Assembly (NCBI GenBank): GCA_947463705.1 | Contig: CANHSO010000003.1 | Span: forward strand, 1 to 43,241 | DNA: 43,241 nucleotides | Source of the DNA: Bacteriovoracaceae bacterium | GTDB lineage: Bacteria > Bdellovibrionota > UBA1018 | Direction: 5' to 3' | Shown: piece after piece, positions 7,982 to 17,131 of the stretch | How the letters are laid out: each line of letters starts with the position of its first letter | How positions within the stretch are numbered: position 1 is the first letter of the stretch | The notes under the pieces: generated by a model | What the model was told of the DNA's origin: nothing | The model's database searches: none | The model's input: only the letters and a program-made list of their open reading frames with translations | Position numbers and translations under genes: made by a program

Positions 7982-9070
7982 TTAAAAAAGAAAGTTAACA
8001 CCCAGTCCATATTCCAAACCTGAAATTGTTCCCATCGATTCAGTCGAGATGAACTTAGTCGAAGGGGGTCGGTAGCCTAAATTAAGTGACAATGCAAAGT
8101 GCTTGGCCAATCTCCATTCGTATCCTGTTCTCAAGAGCCCGCTGAGATATCCTCCAGCGTAGGTACCTCCTATAGAAGTAATGATGCTTCCTCGGACTGA
8201 ATTAAAGTTTTCCTCATCCCCAATCAGGTTCCATGCGTGAACAAAAAGGAGTGTTAGATTGAATCCGAGACTTTTGTATGGATTCTTTTCGCTGGTTCCA
8301 CTTGAATTGATGAGGGAGCCCGAGTCTGCCAGGTAGTTGAATTCAAATCCGACTTCTTTCTTTCGATTATCATATCGTTCCATCATTCGGTATCCAAGAG
8401 CGAGACAGCCCGACGTGGAGGGGAGAGAGGGTTCAAAAAGGTAGTATAAAGTCAGGCGATGTTGAACTGTGGGAGCGTATTCGCTGCGTTTTCTTGCCTC
8501 GTCGACTTGGCTAAAATCAACGCCTCTTCGATAGGCAGAGGCACGGGAGGTCTCAGAATTGTAGCTTCGCGACCAAATAATGTTTTCGTTCTCGGGGTCT
8601 GTGATGAACATTGAAAGTACAATCCCCGAGGGCTGATAGGTAAAAGATGCGTCTAGAAAGTGGTCGATGCCACTCATCTTTGCAATTCGTGCCTGCTCTA
8701 GTGGATTGGTATCCGGAGACGAAATGGTGACCTGATCGCCGTTCAAACTCGTCTTCCGTGCCTTACAGGGAAGGCACTGAACCACATGGGCACGACTGTC
8801 TTTTAGGATTCTTTCTGTAATGAGGAGTTCAAGATGACTTTTGAAAGATGGAGGGAGGTTTTCGCTGAGTGCCACATTGCGGATCGAGATATTCTTCATG
8901 CCCGAGATATTGCCATTCTTAAGGTCATACTCGAAGTCCCCGAGGACATCGTCCAAGACGTCATAGAAGTTTCTCTGTTCCTCAGTTGCGGCAAACGCAG
9001 ACGACGCACAGTGAGTTTGAGAAAATAAGAGAGTTAAAAAGTAAATAGTGATAAAAATCCTGTTATACAC
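7982..9070 (-). CDS. Secreted protein with a FlgO/CsgG/TolB-N-like domain and a C-terminal outer-membrane beta-barrel
   Basis: Signal peptide (SAFA). Alpha/beta pattern IAKMSGIDHFLDASF...LSMFITDPENENIIWS. Amphipathic strands end in GLEYGLGVNFLF (terminal Phe). Confidence 0.65.
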   Translation of the reverse strand: MYNRIFITIYFLTLLFSQTHCASSAFAATEEQRNFYDVLDDVLGDFEYDLKNGNISGMKNISIRNVALSENLPPSFKSHLELLITERILKDSRAHVVQCLPCKARKTSLNGDQVTISSPDTNPLEQARIAKMSGIDHFLDASFTYQPSGIVLSMFITDPENENIIWSRSYNSETSRASAYRRGVDFSQVDEARKRSEYAPTVQHRLTLYYLFEPSLPSTSGCLALGYRMMERYDNRKKEVGFEFNYLADSGSLINSSGTSEKNPYKSLGFNLTLLFVHAWNLIGDEENFNSVRGSIITSIGGTYAGGYLSGLLRTGYEWRLAKHFALSLNLGYRPPSTKFISTESMGTISGLEYGLGVNFLF

Positions 9071-9102
9071 TGTAATTATGAGGCTCCTTCCTCACTGTTC
9101 AC

Positions 9103-9128
9103 TTCGGATCTAATTTGTAAAATCTTAA
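9103..9128 (-). promoter_or_regulatory. Sigma-28 (FliA)-like promoter of the motor operon
   Basis: TTAAG-N15-TCCGAA, the same pattern as the flagellin and flaG promoters in this window. Confidence 0.6.
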
Positions 9129-9318
9129 TTTATTATTGAATTTTCATGAGCTAGGGCGCTCTTAAGGGTTTTTAATGAATCTGTTACCTAGCCCAAATAC
9201 CGGCATTTATTACGAATCCATGCGGTTTGAGTCAGGTCAAGGCTGACACAGCTCGCCAAGTTAGGCTTTATTGTACTATATTAGTTAAGTAAAGCTGTAG
9301 TACGTATGAGGAGAGCTT

Positions 9319-11421
9319 ATGGGTTCGTTTTTGTCCATCCGCTGGAAGAAAAGCCAGCTGGCGGCATCGATAAACAATAGGGTTCTGTTGGCTCTTGCCA
9401 CGTTGTCCATGGCGTCCTGTGATTTTTCGGGCAGTAGGTTGGATGGTGATTACGCTGCTGGCGTTGCAGTTTCTAAAGACGATTCATCCATAGATACTGG
9501 GGCTGCTCAAAGCCTAGCTTTTTCGACTCCTGCATCGGGAACGGCTATAGCAGGCACAGCATTAAGTTCGCAGCCCGTGGTTACGGCAAAAGATGCCAAT
9601 GGGAACGTCGTTAGTAACTATTCGAATTCGATTACATTTGCTGGTTACTCGGACACAGCTTGCAGTACTGCAGTGAGCTCATCTCTCTCGAGTCATGTAA
9701 GTACAGCCTCATCAGGAGCCGCGACGTTCACTGCACTCACTGCTTTAAAAACCAGCGTACGTTCGCTGCAGGCTAGCGACGGGACATTGTCGACGAGTTG
9801 CTTGGCGATTGCGATGAGCCCTGGTTCTCCTGCATCAATTACAATTCATGCAGGAAATAATCAGGCTAATGCATACGTTGGATCCCTTCTAGGTACAGCC
9901 CTTCAGGTTCTGGTGCAAGATTCTTATGGAAACGCTGTGCCCAATGTTCAGGTCACCTGGGCAGTTGATCAGACTAGGGTGATTGGACAACTCTATGTTG
10001 CTCCAACTTCAACCACCGACAGTAACGGTTTCGCATCGAACCTTTACACGATGGGATCGAGCGCCGGAAACAATGGGATTATCGCCAGTGTGACTTCAGG
10101 CCTGGGTACCTTCTCAGTTTCATTCGTGGAGACGGGGATTGCCTTACCAACGCCCTCTCTTAGCTACTCTGGTTCGACGGGTATCACGGGATTGATAGGA
10201 ACCCCCATGAGCATTTCACCTACTACACTGTTACCAGCAGGCAAAATTTCCTCTTGTGAATTGACCTCTGGATCTCTCCCCCCTGGCTTATCACTGAATA
10301 CTTCTTCTTGTGTCATTTCAGGAACTCCTTCTCGGGATCAGACCACGCAGGCCGTGGTAGTGACCGCAAGCAATTCATCGGGTAGCGGCTCGGCCTCGGT
10401 GTCGATCACCGTTAATTGTTATTCTGATTTCATTGAATTTAATTATACCGGTGCTGACCAAACTTTCACGCCCAGCTGTTCGCAGGTGACCGCGCGGATG
10501 TGGGGCGCAGGAGGGGGCTCGCCTGCGTCAACTACAAGAGGTGGAGCAGGTGGGTTCGTGAAGGGGACACTTTCACTCGATCTGACTAAGTCCTACAAGA
10601 TTATTGTTGGACAGGGTCCCGGAGTAGGTTCAGCATCCGCCACGTATGGAGGAGGAGGGCCTGGAGGTTTGGTGGCGGGTGGAGGTCGGACGGCAATTCA
10701 GGATACGTATGGCGACATCCTCACCGCTGGAGGTGGCGGCGGTACAAACTACCAATATAGTTGTTACGGTGGTGGCGGTGGCGGATTGACAGGTCTTGCT
10801 GGAATAGGCGGTGTTGGTTTTTCTCCTGGTCAAGGCGGTTCCCAAATTGCCGGTGGAGCAGGTGCTCATGACGGTGGTGGCGGCAGCAATGTGGTCGCTG
10901 GAAAGGGAAGCCAATATCAAGGAGGCCCTGGGTATTCCATTTGGGGTGGCGGTGGCGGTGGTGGATATTTCGGCGGTGGCGGTGGTTCAACCACGAGCTC
11001 GGGCGGAGGCGGCGGCTCAAGTTATTATGGCGGTACGGTTGGAGTTGCTGTGACTAATGGAGTGTCTATTGCAGCAACGACTGGAGCAACTAGTGCCCCA
11101 GGGGGCTCGTCCGATATGCATTACAAGAGCGGTGTGGGCACTACAGCTACCAACACAAAGGCTGGAAATGGATATGCAATCCTCTATTGGGGTGCACTTG
11201 CCAGGAGTGTCTCAGTCAGTGGATCCAACTTAACGATCCTCGGGTTTAATCTTACCGCAGATACTGCAGTTACTTTTAGCGGAGGCTCTTCTTGCACGGG
11301 GATCACGGTTCTCAACTCTGGAGATCGGATTACCTGCACCATTCCAAATGGCCTTGTGAATCAAGATGTGACTATTACGGTCCCCGGGTACCCAGGAAAG
11401 GTGTTCAATAATGTTCTCTGA
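9319..11421 (+). CDS. Surface lipoprotein/adhesin with Ig-like domains, a putative Ig (He_PIG-like) domain, a glycine-rich domain and a C-terminal IPT/TIG-like domain
   Basis: Lipobox MASC (C34), invasin-like VQDSYGNAVPNVQVTW, GSLPPGLSLN...ISGTP, WGAGGG/GGGGGGYFGGGGG blocks, SD GAGGAG. Confidence 0.8.
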   Translation: MGSFLSIRWKKSQLAASINNRVLLALATLSMASCDFSGSRLDGDYAAGVAVSKDDSSIDTGAAQSLAFSTPASGTAIAGTALSSQPVVTAKDANGNVVSNYSNSITFAGYSDTACSTAVSSSLSSHVSTASSGAATFTALTALKTSVRSLQASDGTLSTSCLAIAMSPGSPASITIHAGNNQANAYVGSLLGTALQVLVQDSYGNAVPNVQVTWAVDQTRVIGQLYVAPTSTTDSNGFASNLYTMGSSAGNNGIIASVTSGLGTFSVSFVETGIALPTPSLSYSGSTGITGLIGTPMSISPTTLLPAGKISSCELTSGSLPPGLSLNTSSCVISGTPSRDQTTQAVVVTASNSSGSGSASVSITVNCYSDFIEFNYTGADQTFTPSCSQVTARMWGAGGGSPASTTRGGAGGFVKGTLSLDLTKSYKIIVGQGPGVGSASATYGGGGPGGLVAGGGRTAIQDTYGDILTAGGGGGTNYQYSCYGGGGGGLTGLAGIGGVGFSPGQGGSQIAGGAGAHDGGGGSNVVAGKGSQYQGGPGYSIWGGGGGGGYFGGGGGSTTSSGGGGGSSYYGGTVGVAVTNGVSIAATTGATSAPGGSSDMHYKSGVGTTATNTKAGNGYAILYWGALARSVSVSGSNLTILGFNLTADTAVTFSGGSSCTGITVLNSGDRITCTIPNGLVNQDVTITVPGYPGKVFNNVL

Positions 11422-11536
11422 TAAAAACCCAAGCAAGACGACTACCAATACGAACCCTGCGGAGACCTTTACTCGAGCCGACTGGAGTAGTTCGACTTGG
11501 AACCTATTTGATGGTTTGTATTCGACACTCAAGTAG
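11411..11536 (+). pseudogene. 41-codon frame resembling the C-terminus of GLUG-motif surface proteins
   Basis: Hand translation gives MFSDKNPSKTTTNTNPAETFTRADWSSSTWNLFDGLYSTLK*, matching the KTT..TF...W....W.....Y.TL pattern. Confidence 0.45.
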
Positions 11537-11597
11537 GTCAGCCCGCAAAAAATTCATCTAATCGACAAAAAGAGATTTAACAATTACATTAAATCTT

Positions 11598-12401
11598 GTG
11601 CAAAGTAGACGGTTTACTCAGCGAATCCCCGGGTTAGTGAAGGCGTTCTTTTTGGGCATTCTTCCTTTATTGCTAGGTACTCAATTATCTCATGCGGATG
11701 CAACTGCGGAAATCGATCGACTGCTAACACGCAGAGCTTTAAAGGCGAAAAGGTTTTGGCTTGCGATTTACCCGATGTACTCGACGAGTTCAGCTACTTC
11801 TATAGATCTCGCTCGTGGAGGCAGTTTAACGCTGGTATCAAAACTCTATACGGGTCTAGATATGCGCTTTCTACAACGGTGGGATGTAAGTTTTGCGACC
11901 TATGCTGGTATCAGGATGAATTACATAAAGTATGCTCCTTTGCTGAGTACGAAAGCGACTTTGGATAAGGATTCCAATTCTTTAGTTTCTTTTGAGTTAG
12001 GAGCGATGGTACGGCCGTTTGCCCGCTTAAGCGTGGACCTTTCCGTTGGGATGCAAAATGACATTTTTCTGTTTGGTTCGTCGACCTCTTCAGTAACCCA
12101 GAGTGGCATGTTGATTCCTACTTTTGGGGTTTCTCTGGGATGGGATTTGGTCCGAATTCCTGGATTTGGTGTGAACTTCTCTGGATTCTACGCGTATAAG
12201 ATGGGGGCCACTGGCGATAGTTTTACAGTGAATACTGGGGCGGCGTATGGCGGTAAAATTGCCTTCAGGCATTTTATAGAAGGAGATGATCGCTTCGAAA
12301 TTAGTCTTGGCGGACTCCAGCGCTCCCAGGGGACATCTGTAGCGGATCAAACTGAGACCCTTTTAGCGTTAGCAGGGCGCATTGTAATTCCATTATTTTA
12401 G
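11598..12401 (+). CDS. Outer-membrane beta-barrel protein
   Basis: Signal peptide (LSHA), alternating amphipathic strands, C-terminal Phe (RIVIPLF). Confidence 0.75.
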   Translation: MQSRRFTQRIPGLVKAFFLGILPLLLGTQLSHADATAEIDRLLTRRALKAKRFWLAIYPMYSTSSATSIDLARGGSLTLVSKLYTGLDMRFLQRWDVSFATYAGIRMNYIKYAPLLSTKATLDKDSNSLVSFELGAMVRPFARLSVDLSVGMQNDIFLFGSSTSSVTQSGMLIPTFGVSLGWDLVRIPGFGVNFSGFYAYKMGATGDSFTVNTGAAYGGKIAFRHFIEGDDRFEISLGGLQRSQGTSVADQTETLLALAGRIVIPLF

Positions 12402-12404
12402 TTA

Positions 12405-12430
12405 TCATGAATTTTAGAATTCTAGCCGAT
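12405..12430 (+). promoter_or_regulatory. Sigma-28-like promoter
   Basis: TCATG-N15-GCCGAT upstream of ATG 12455. Confidence 0.4.
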
Positions 12431-12454
12431 GGTTAGATTCAAGGGGACTCAGAA

Positions 12455-13462
12455 ATGGGGCGAATGCGTTTTTATAATCGGTCAGTGGTGCGCTGGGTCA
12501 TGGGAAGTGCGCTGGCCTTAGGTGTAGGCCCGGTGGCTTGTTCTACGACCGAACTCACGCCGAAACAACCTCCCGATCCACCTGCTTTCACTCGGGTCGT
12601 TCATCCCAGAGGAACGGATTTGAGCGACCTTTCTGCACTCTTCACTGAGAAGGCAGCGCCGAGGGAAGTCAATTTTTCTAAGGAGTGCGACCGGGATTTA
12701 ATTAAGCTCAAGGCTCTTGTTAAAGATAGAAATGATTGGACGCAGGGTGTGCTTGAGTTAGTGAAAAAAGATCCGGTCTTTTATCATTGGTGTTTTTACG
12801 GGAAAATTCTTAAATTGGAAACTGATCTCAAGTCGGACAATTTTTTGGATGTCAAACATAAGACGGTTTTAGATGCCTTTTCTATTCTGACTCCCCTTGC
12901 TCAAAGTTTTGCGGCTGAATTTCATGATTCGCGCTATTTACGGTGGGCGGTGATGCGTTACCAAAAGATCAGTCCGCGGGTCTTTTTTCGTAAGTTAGAT
13001 TTAACTCCCGAGGGAACCTCGCTGCTTGTTCAGCCAACGAATCCGTTTGGACTTTGGAGAAAAGCAGAGGGGGTTGCAGGTGTTCTTGAGAAGTATCACT
13101 TCGAGGCTGAGACTCCGGCTCAATTTCTGGCTCAGTCTTCAATTCTGAGCCAGGAAAGGAGTCATTCGGGTAAACCAGGTTTTGACCCCAGTTCGACATC
13201 CAGTCCAAGACCGAGTTCAAGCTCGAGCCCAGCGCCATTGCATCAGATAAGTCCAACTCCAGAAGTGCAGGGTTCACCCAGTCCGATTCCAAGTGGCCCG
13301 CTAGGAGTAAGTGGTGCAGCGCCGTCATCAGACGAAAGTTCTAACGTGGATTCTCTGCAATCCTCCCTCCCGGTCGATCCTACATCGCCTGGGGCGGGTG
13401 ACCCAGTCTTAGTGCCTCCCACGGTAGCGGTACCGTCGGAGCTGGTCGAGATGCCCCGCTGA
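12455..13462 (+). CDS. Hypothetical lipoprotein with a Pro/Ser-rich tail
   Basis: Lipobox PVAC, a helical core with two further Cys, and about 100 aa of low-complexity C-terminus. Confidence 0.75.
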   Translation: MGRMRFYNRSVVRWVMGSALALGVGPVACSTTELTPKQPPDPPAFTRVVHPRGTDLSDLSALFTEKAAPREVNFSKECDRDLIKLKALVKDRNDWTQGVLELVKKDPVFYHWCFYGKILKLETDLKSDNFLDVKHKTVLDAFSILTPLAQSFAAEFHDSRYLRWAVMRYQKISPRVFFRKLDLTPEGTSLLVQPTNPFGLWRKAEGVAGVLEKYHFEAETPAQFLAQSSILSQERSHSGKPGFDPSSTSSPRPSSSSSPAPLHQISPTPEVQGSPSPIPSGPLGVSGAAPSSDESSNVDSLQSSLPVDPTSPGAGDPVLVPPTVAVPSELVEMPR

Positions 13463-13470
13463 GTCCTCCG

Positions 13471-13713
13471 TCATTGGGCTGCTTGTGATTTGAGACTAGG
13501 CTCCGTGGGGGGCAGTACTGCGGGTGAGCGGTTTCCTTGAAATGGCTTATCTTGAGGTTTTTTGTGACGAGATGCCTTTCCGCTAGTTTCCGTCGGGGTC
13601 CTTTGTGCCCAGTCAGACTTTCGTTCGGCATGAGCTTTAGTGCCGAAGGTCAGTGCGGTAACTAGGCTGATGAGTTGAATGAACCTGATCGAAGATGACG
13701 AATGAAAAAGCAT
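13471..13713 (-). CDS. Small secreted hypothetical protein (80 aa)
   Basis: SD GAGGAG, signal peptide ending KAHA, basic disordered mature part. Confidence 0.6.
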   Translation of the reverse strand: MLFHSSSSIRFIQLISLVTALTFGTKAHAERKSDWAQRTPTETSGKASRHKKPQDKPFQGNRSPAVLPPTEPSLKSQAAQ

Positions 13714-13743
13714 CAGAAACTCCTCAGAGTAAGTTGGGATTAG

Positions 13744-13769
13744 GTCGAACGTTCACCTCTCTAGCTTAA
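13744..13769 (-). promoter_or_regulatory. Sigma-28-like promoter
   Basis: TTAAG-N15-TTCGAC upstream of the 80-aa ORF. Confidence 0.4.
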
Positions 13770-13808
13770 AGGAGATTTTCTATCATTGAAATGGTTGATC
13801 GAGAGTGC

Positions 13809-15065
13809 CTAAGCTGCTTTTTTCTCTGTTTCGGGATTCTGACTTTTGAGGTCTCTTTGGGTCAGGTAGTTACTCAGTAGGAAAAGCCGACGCTCGGTGT
13901 CTGGAAAGCCCATGAGTGGGAGATTTTCGACCTGCTCTGGGTGAGTTTGCTTGATGGATTGGTAGTCCAGCTTTCGTAGGGCCATTGAGAAGGCATCATA
14001 GTCTAAATTGAGATGATCGAGCGCAAATACATCTCCTTCGAATTCTTGCGTTTGCCTTTGGATCGCAATCCATCGAACTGAGAAAGCAAAGAAAAAGAAC
14101 CCAAGAGTGGTTCCAATGAATTCGCGTCCTTCATAATGGGGAAAAATTTTACTGATCGTCAGTGACGCAAGGATCGAAAAAAGGAGGCTATTGGAAATGA
14201 GTGCTGCTGCCAAAGTCACCCGATTCCTTAAATGATTGAGTTTGAGATGGCTAATTTCAATGAGAAGGATCGATCGGATCTCGGACTCCGACAGGGTACT
14301 CAGAGTGAATTGAGAAATAAATAAGGAATACTCAAAAGGGCCTCGACCCGTTTTTAGACCTGTAACGATAATGTCGAAAATACGAAATTTTTGAAGTTGA
14401 ATGAGCCAGAGCTTAGGAGTTTTTAACTGGTGCTCTTGGAAGATCGTGTGGATGAGTTTCTCGATGGTTGGGGTTTTCAAGGGTGATGACGGCAGGATTT
14501 TGAGAATGTAGTAGGGGGTGAGGGCGAAGTTCAGGAAAAGCCCGATGCCCATTCCAGTAATTCCACCGGAAATGAGGAGAGCGATTCCTAAGGATTCCCT
14601 AAGATTCATTTGATATGCCAACCACCGACCTAGAATGACGCCGAGGATCGAAAGGAGTCCGCAGATCAGAGCTGCTACAAACCAGGATCGCACTGTTTTG
14701 AGAATGATCGCACCGGCATTTTCAGTGCTGTTTTTGTCCGTTTGTATCAGCTTCTCAGCTCGAAGCTGGAGGGTGAGTTGCCCTCCTACGCTAACGACGA
14801 GGATTAAATCGCACAGGAGTGGAAAGGTTGTTCTGATATCGTCCGATCCTAGAAAAAGCATGAATTGAAAGATGAGGACCATCAGGCTGAAAAGTCGAAT
14901 TCTTTCCAATTCGGGGTCTTTTTCGAAGTCTGGGGTTCTAATGATTAAATCTTTGATGTCTTTTTCAAAGGAGTCGAGCCAAATTGCGAAGATGACCATT
15001 GGGATCAAACTTAGAATGGCCAGAGACATGACGCTTCTGATCAAGGTATCGATATCGGATTCCAT
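13809..15065 (-). CDS. M48 (Ste24/HtpX)-like membrane protein with a degenerate active site
   Basis: LSESEIRSILLIEISHLK (HExxH position), QEFEGD, ALRKL and GFPDTERR (THP...R position), plus multiple TM segments. Confidence 0.75.
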   Translation of the reverse strand: MESDIDTLIRSVMSLAILSLIPMVIFAIWLDSFEKDIKDLIIRTPDFEKDPELERIRLFSLMVLIFQFMLFLGSDDIRTTFPLLCDLILVVSVGGQLTLQLRAEKLIQTDKNSTENAGAIILKTVRSWFVAALICGLLSILGVILGRWLAYQMNLRESLGIALLISGGITGMGIGLFLNFALTPYYILKILPSSPLKTPTIEKLIHTIFQEHQLKTPKLWLIQLQKFRIFDIIVTGLKTGRGPFEYSLFISQFTLSTLSESEIRSILLIEISHLKLNHLRNRVTLAAALISNSLLFSILASLTISKIFPHYEGREFIGTTLGFFFFAFSVRWIAIQRQTQEFEGDVFALDHLNLDYDAFSMALRKLDYQSIKQTHPEQVENLPLMGFPDTERRLFLLSNYLTQRDLKSQNPETEKKAA

Positions 15066-15116
15066 GTTGAAATATCGGAATTTTCTTGGGAAAGAATGAA
15101 TTTGAAAGGAAAAATA

Positions 15117-16058
15117 ATGAAATTAGTCCAAGACATGCTCCAAGGACATCGCCTCTCCTTAGCTCGATTGATTACTAAGGTCGAGAATCGAGATTCAGAT
15201 CTTGCTGAAATTATGGCCGAAATTTATTCCAAGACGGGCAGAGCTCAGGTTTGGGGTATTACAGGGCCTCCGGGTGCCGGTAAATCGACTTTAGTTGATC
15301 GACTCATCGAGTTACTCCGATCTCAGAATAAAAAAGTAGCTGTTGTGGCTGTGGATCCTTCCAGTCCTTTCACTGGTGGGGCGATCCTCGGCGATCGCAT
15401 TCGAATGCAGAAGCATTCGGGAGATCCTCAGGTTTATATTCGATCATTAGGAACTCGAGGCCAACATGGAGGACTTTCTCACGCGACAAAGGAGGTCGTT
15501 TTGGTCCTCGATGCTGCAGGGTTTGACATAATTCTGGTTGAAACGGCAGGGGTGGGTCAGACCGAATTAGAGATCTTGGGGCTAGCTCAGACGATTGTAG
15601 TCGTTCTTGTGCCTGAGAGTGGCGATTCGATCCAGGTGATGAAGGCTGGGTTGATGGAAATTGCTGATGTTTTTGCCCTGAATAAGTCGGACCGCCCAGA
15701 GGCGGATCAGCTTTTGAGGGAATTAGTTACTATGGTGGGAATGACGGACCATGATGAGAAAAGCTGGCTCATGCCTGTCAAGAAGACCGAGGCGGTTAAA
15801 AATGTGGGTGTCTCAGAACTCCTCCAAGCCATTCAAGATCATCAGACTTATTTAACTCAAAGCGGTAAGCGTCAGAGTCAGTCGTGGGAATTTATTAAGA
15901 GTGAGGTCAAAGATATTTTGAGTGATCGACTCAATCAGTCTGTTGATGCAACGTTTTTAACCTCATCTGGACAAGAGGTCATGCAGCAGTTGATGTCACG
16001 AACATTGGATCCTTATCGAGCCGCAGATCTTATTTCTGGAGTTTCTTCGGCGAGTTAG
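15117..16058 (+). CDS. meaB: Methylmalonyl-CoA mutase-associated GTPase MeaB/ArgK
   Basis: GITGPPGAGKST, AVDPSSPFTGGAILGDRIRM, ETAGVGQ, MKAGLMEIAD, NKSD. Confidence 0.95.
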   Translation: MKLVQDMLQGHRLSLARLITKVENRDSDLAEIMAEIYSKTGRAQVWGITGPPGAGKSTLVDRLIELLRSQNKKVAVVAVDPSSPFTGGAILGDRIRMQKHSGDPQVYIRSLGTRGQHGGLSHATKEVVLVLDAAGFDIILVETAGVGQTELEILGLAQTIVVVLVPESGDSIQVMKAGLMEIADVFALNKSDRPEADQLLRELVTMVGMTDHDEKSWLMPVKKTEAVKNVGVSELLQAIQDHQTYLTQSGKRQSQSWEFIKSEVKDILSDRLNQSVDATFLTSSGQEVMQQLMSRTLDPYRAADLISGVSSAS

Positions 16059-16100
16059 AGGGATGATTTCTGGAAAATTAAATTCCTGACAAAAAAAGTC

Positions 16101-16126
16101 TAAAGCGAATCAAATACCCGACCGAA
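16101..16126 (+). promoter_or_regulatory. Sigma-28-like promoter of flagellin 1
   Basis: TAAAG-N15-ACCGAA upstream of a flagellin gene. Confidence 0.7.
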
Positions 16127-16281
16127 CTAGTAATTGTAAGCAGGGAGTACTGAAGAGAAACTTCAAATCAGGACTTCTGCGCTAGACAGGGGTACAGCAA
16201 ATTCCTGTCAAAATTAAAAATAATGATCTTTTCAGGGGTGCTTTTGGCCTCGGATGGGTCTTTGTCCTTAAAGGAGTTGGT

Positions 16282-17115
16282 ATGGGTTTAAGAATCGCGA
16301 CCAATGTGCAGTCGATAAATGCACAGCGTCAGCTTGGTACTAATAATGTAGCACAACGAGATTCGTTGGAGCGTTTGTCCTCTGGTAGCCGAATCAATAA
16401 AGCGGCAGACGATGCAGCGGGTTTGGCGATCAGTGAAAAAATGAGAGCCGACATTCGATCTGTCCGTCAGGATGTGAGAAATGCAAATGACGGCGTGTCG
16501 ATGATTCAAACCGCTGAAGGCGGAATGAACGAAATCGGAAATATTCTGGTTCGTTTCCGAGAGCTCTCAATTCAAGCTTCGTCCGATACTTTGGGCGATG
16601 TTGAACGTGGGTTCATTGATAAAGAAGTTCAGCAGCTCAAATCAGAAGTGACTCGAATTGCAGCTACGACTGAGTTCAACGGAAAAAAATTGCTGAGTGG
16701 TTCTGGTGAATCTTTAGACATTCAGGTTGGAATTCATAACAACGTTGAAGAAGATCGCTTTACCTATGATACCCAGAAGACTAATGTCAGCTTGGCTGGC
16801 CTGGGACTTTCAAGCATTTCTACCCAGTCTAAAGAATCGGCTCGCGCCAATCTTGATGTCGTGGATAGTGCGATGAAGGGCTTGGTCGAAAACCGCGCTG
16901 AACTCGGAGCTTTGCAAAATCGATTGAGTGCGGCTGTGAATAACCTCAATGTTTACGATGAGAACTTGTCTCAAGCTCGAAGTCGTATCCGTGACACAGA
17001 CATGGCCTCCGAGACGGCTGAGTTAACTAAAAACAACATCTTGTCTCAAGCTGGCGTATCGGTCCTCAGTCAAGCTAACCAAAACAACATGATGGCTCTC
17101 AAACTCTTGGGATAA
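16282..17115 (+). CDS. fliC: Flagellin (277 aa, D0/D1 only)
   Basis: MGLRIATN, LSSGSRINKAADDAAGLAISE, RAELGALQNRL, SRIRDTDMA. Confidence 0.97.
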   Translation: MGLRIATNVQSINAQRQLGTNNVAQRDSLERLSSGSRINKAADDAAGLAISEKMRADIRSVRQDVRNANDGVSMIQTAEGGMNEIGNILVRFRELSIQASSDTLGDVERGFIDKEVQQLKSEVTRIAATTEFNGKKLLSGSGESLDIQVGIHNNVEEDRFTYDTQKTNVSLAGLGLSSISTQSKESARANLDVVDSAMKGLVENRAELGALQNRLSAAVNNLNVYDENLSQARSRIRDTDMASETAELTKNNILSQAGVSVLSQANQNNMMALKLLG

Positions 17116-17131
17116 TTTCCCCTTAAACACC

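Noticed and set aside
10630-11053. His/Arg-rich and Ala/Thr-rich ORFs within the adhesin
   Set aside because: They are alternate-frame readings of GGN glycine codon runs.
11573-11596. Inverted repeat AGATTTAA-N8-TTAAATCT before the beta-barrel gene
   Set aside because: It is short, AT-rich and seen once, so it cannot be distinguished from chance.
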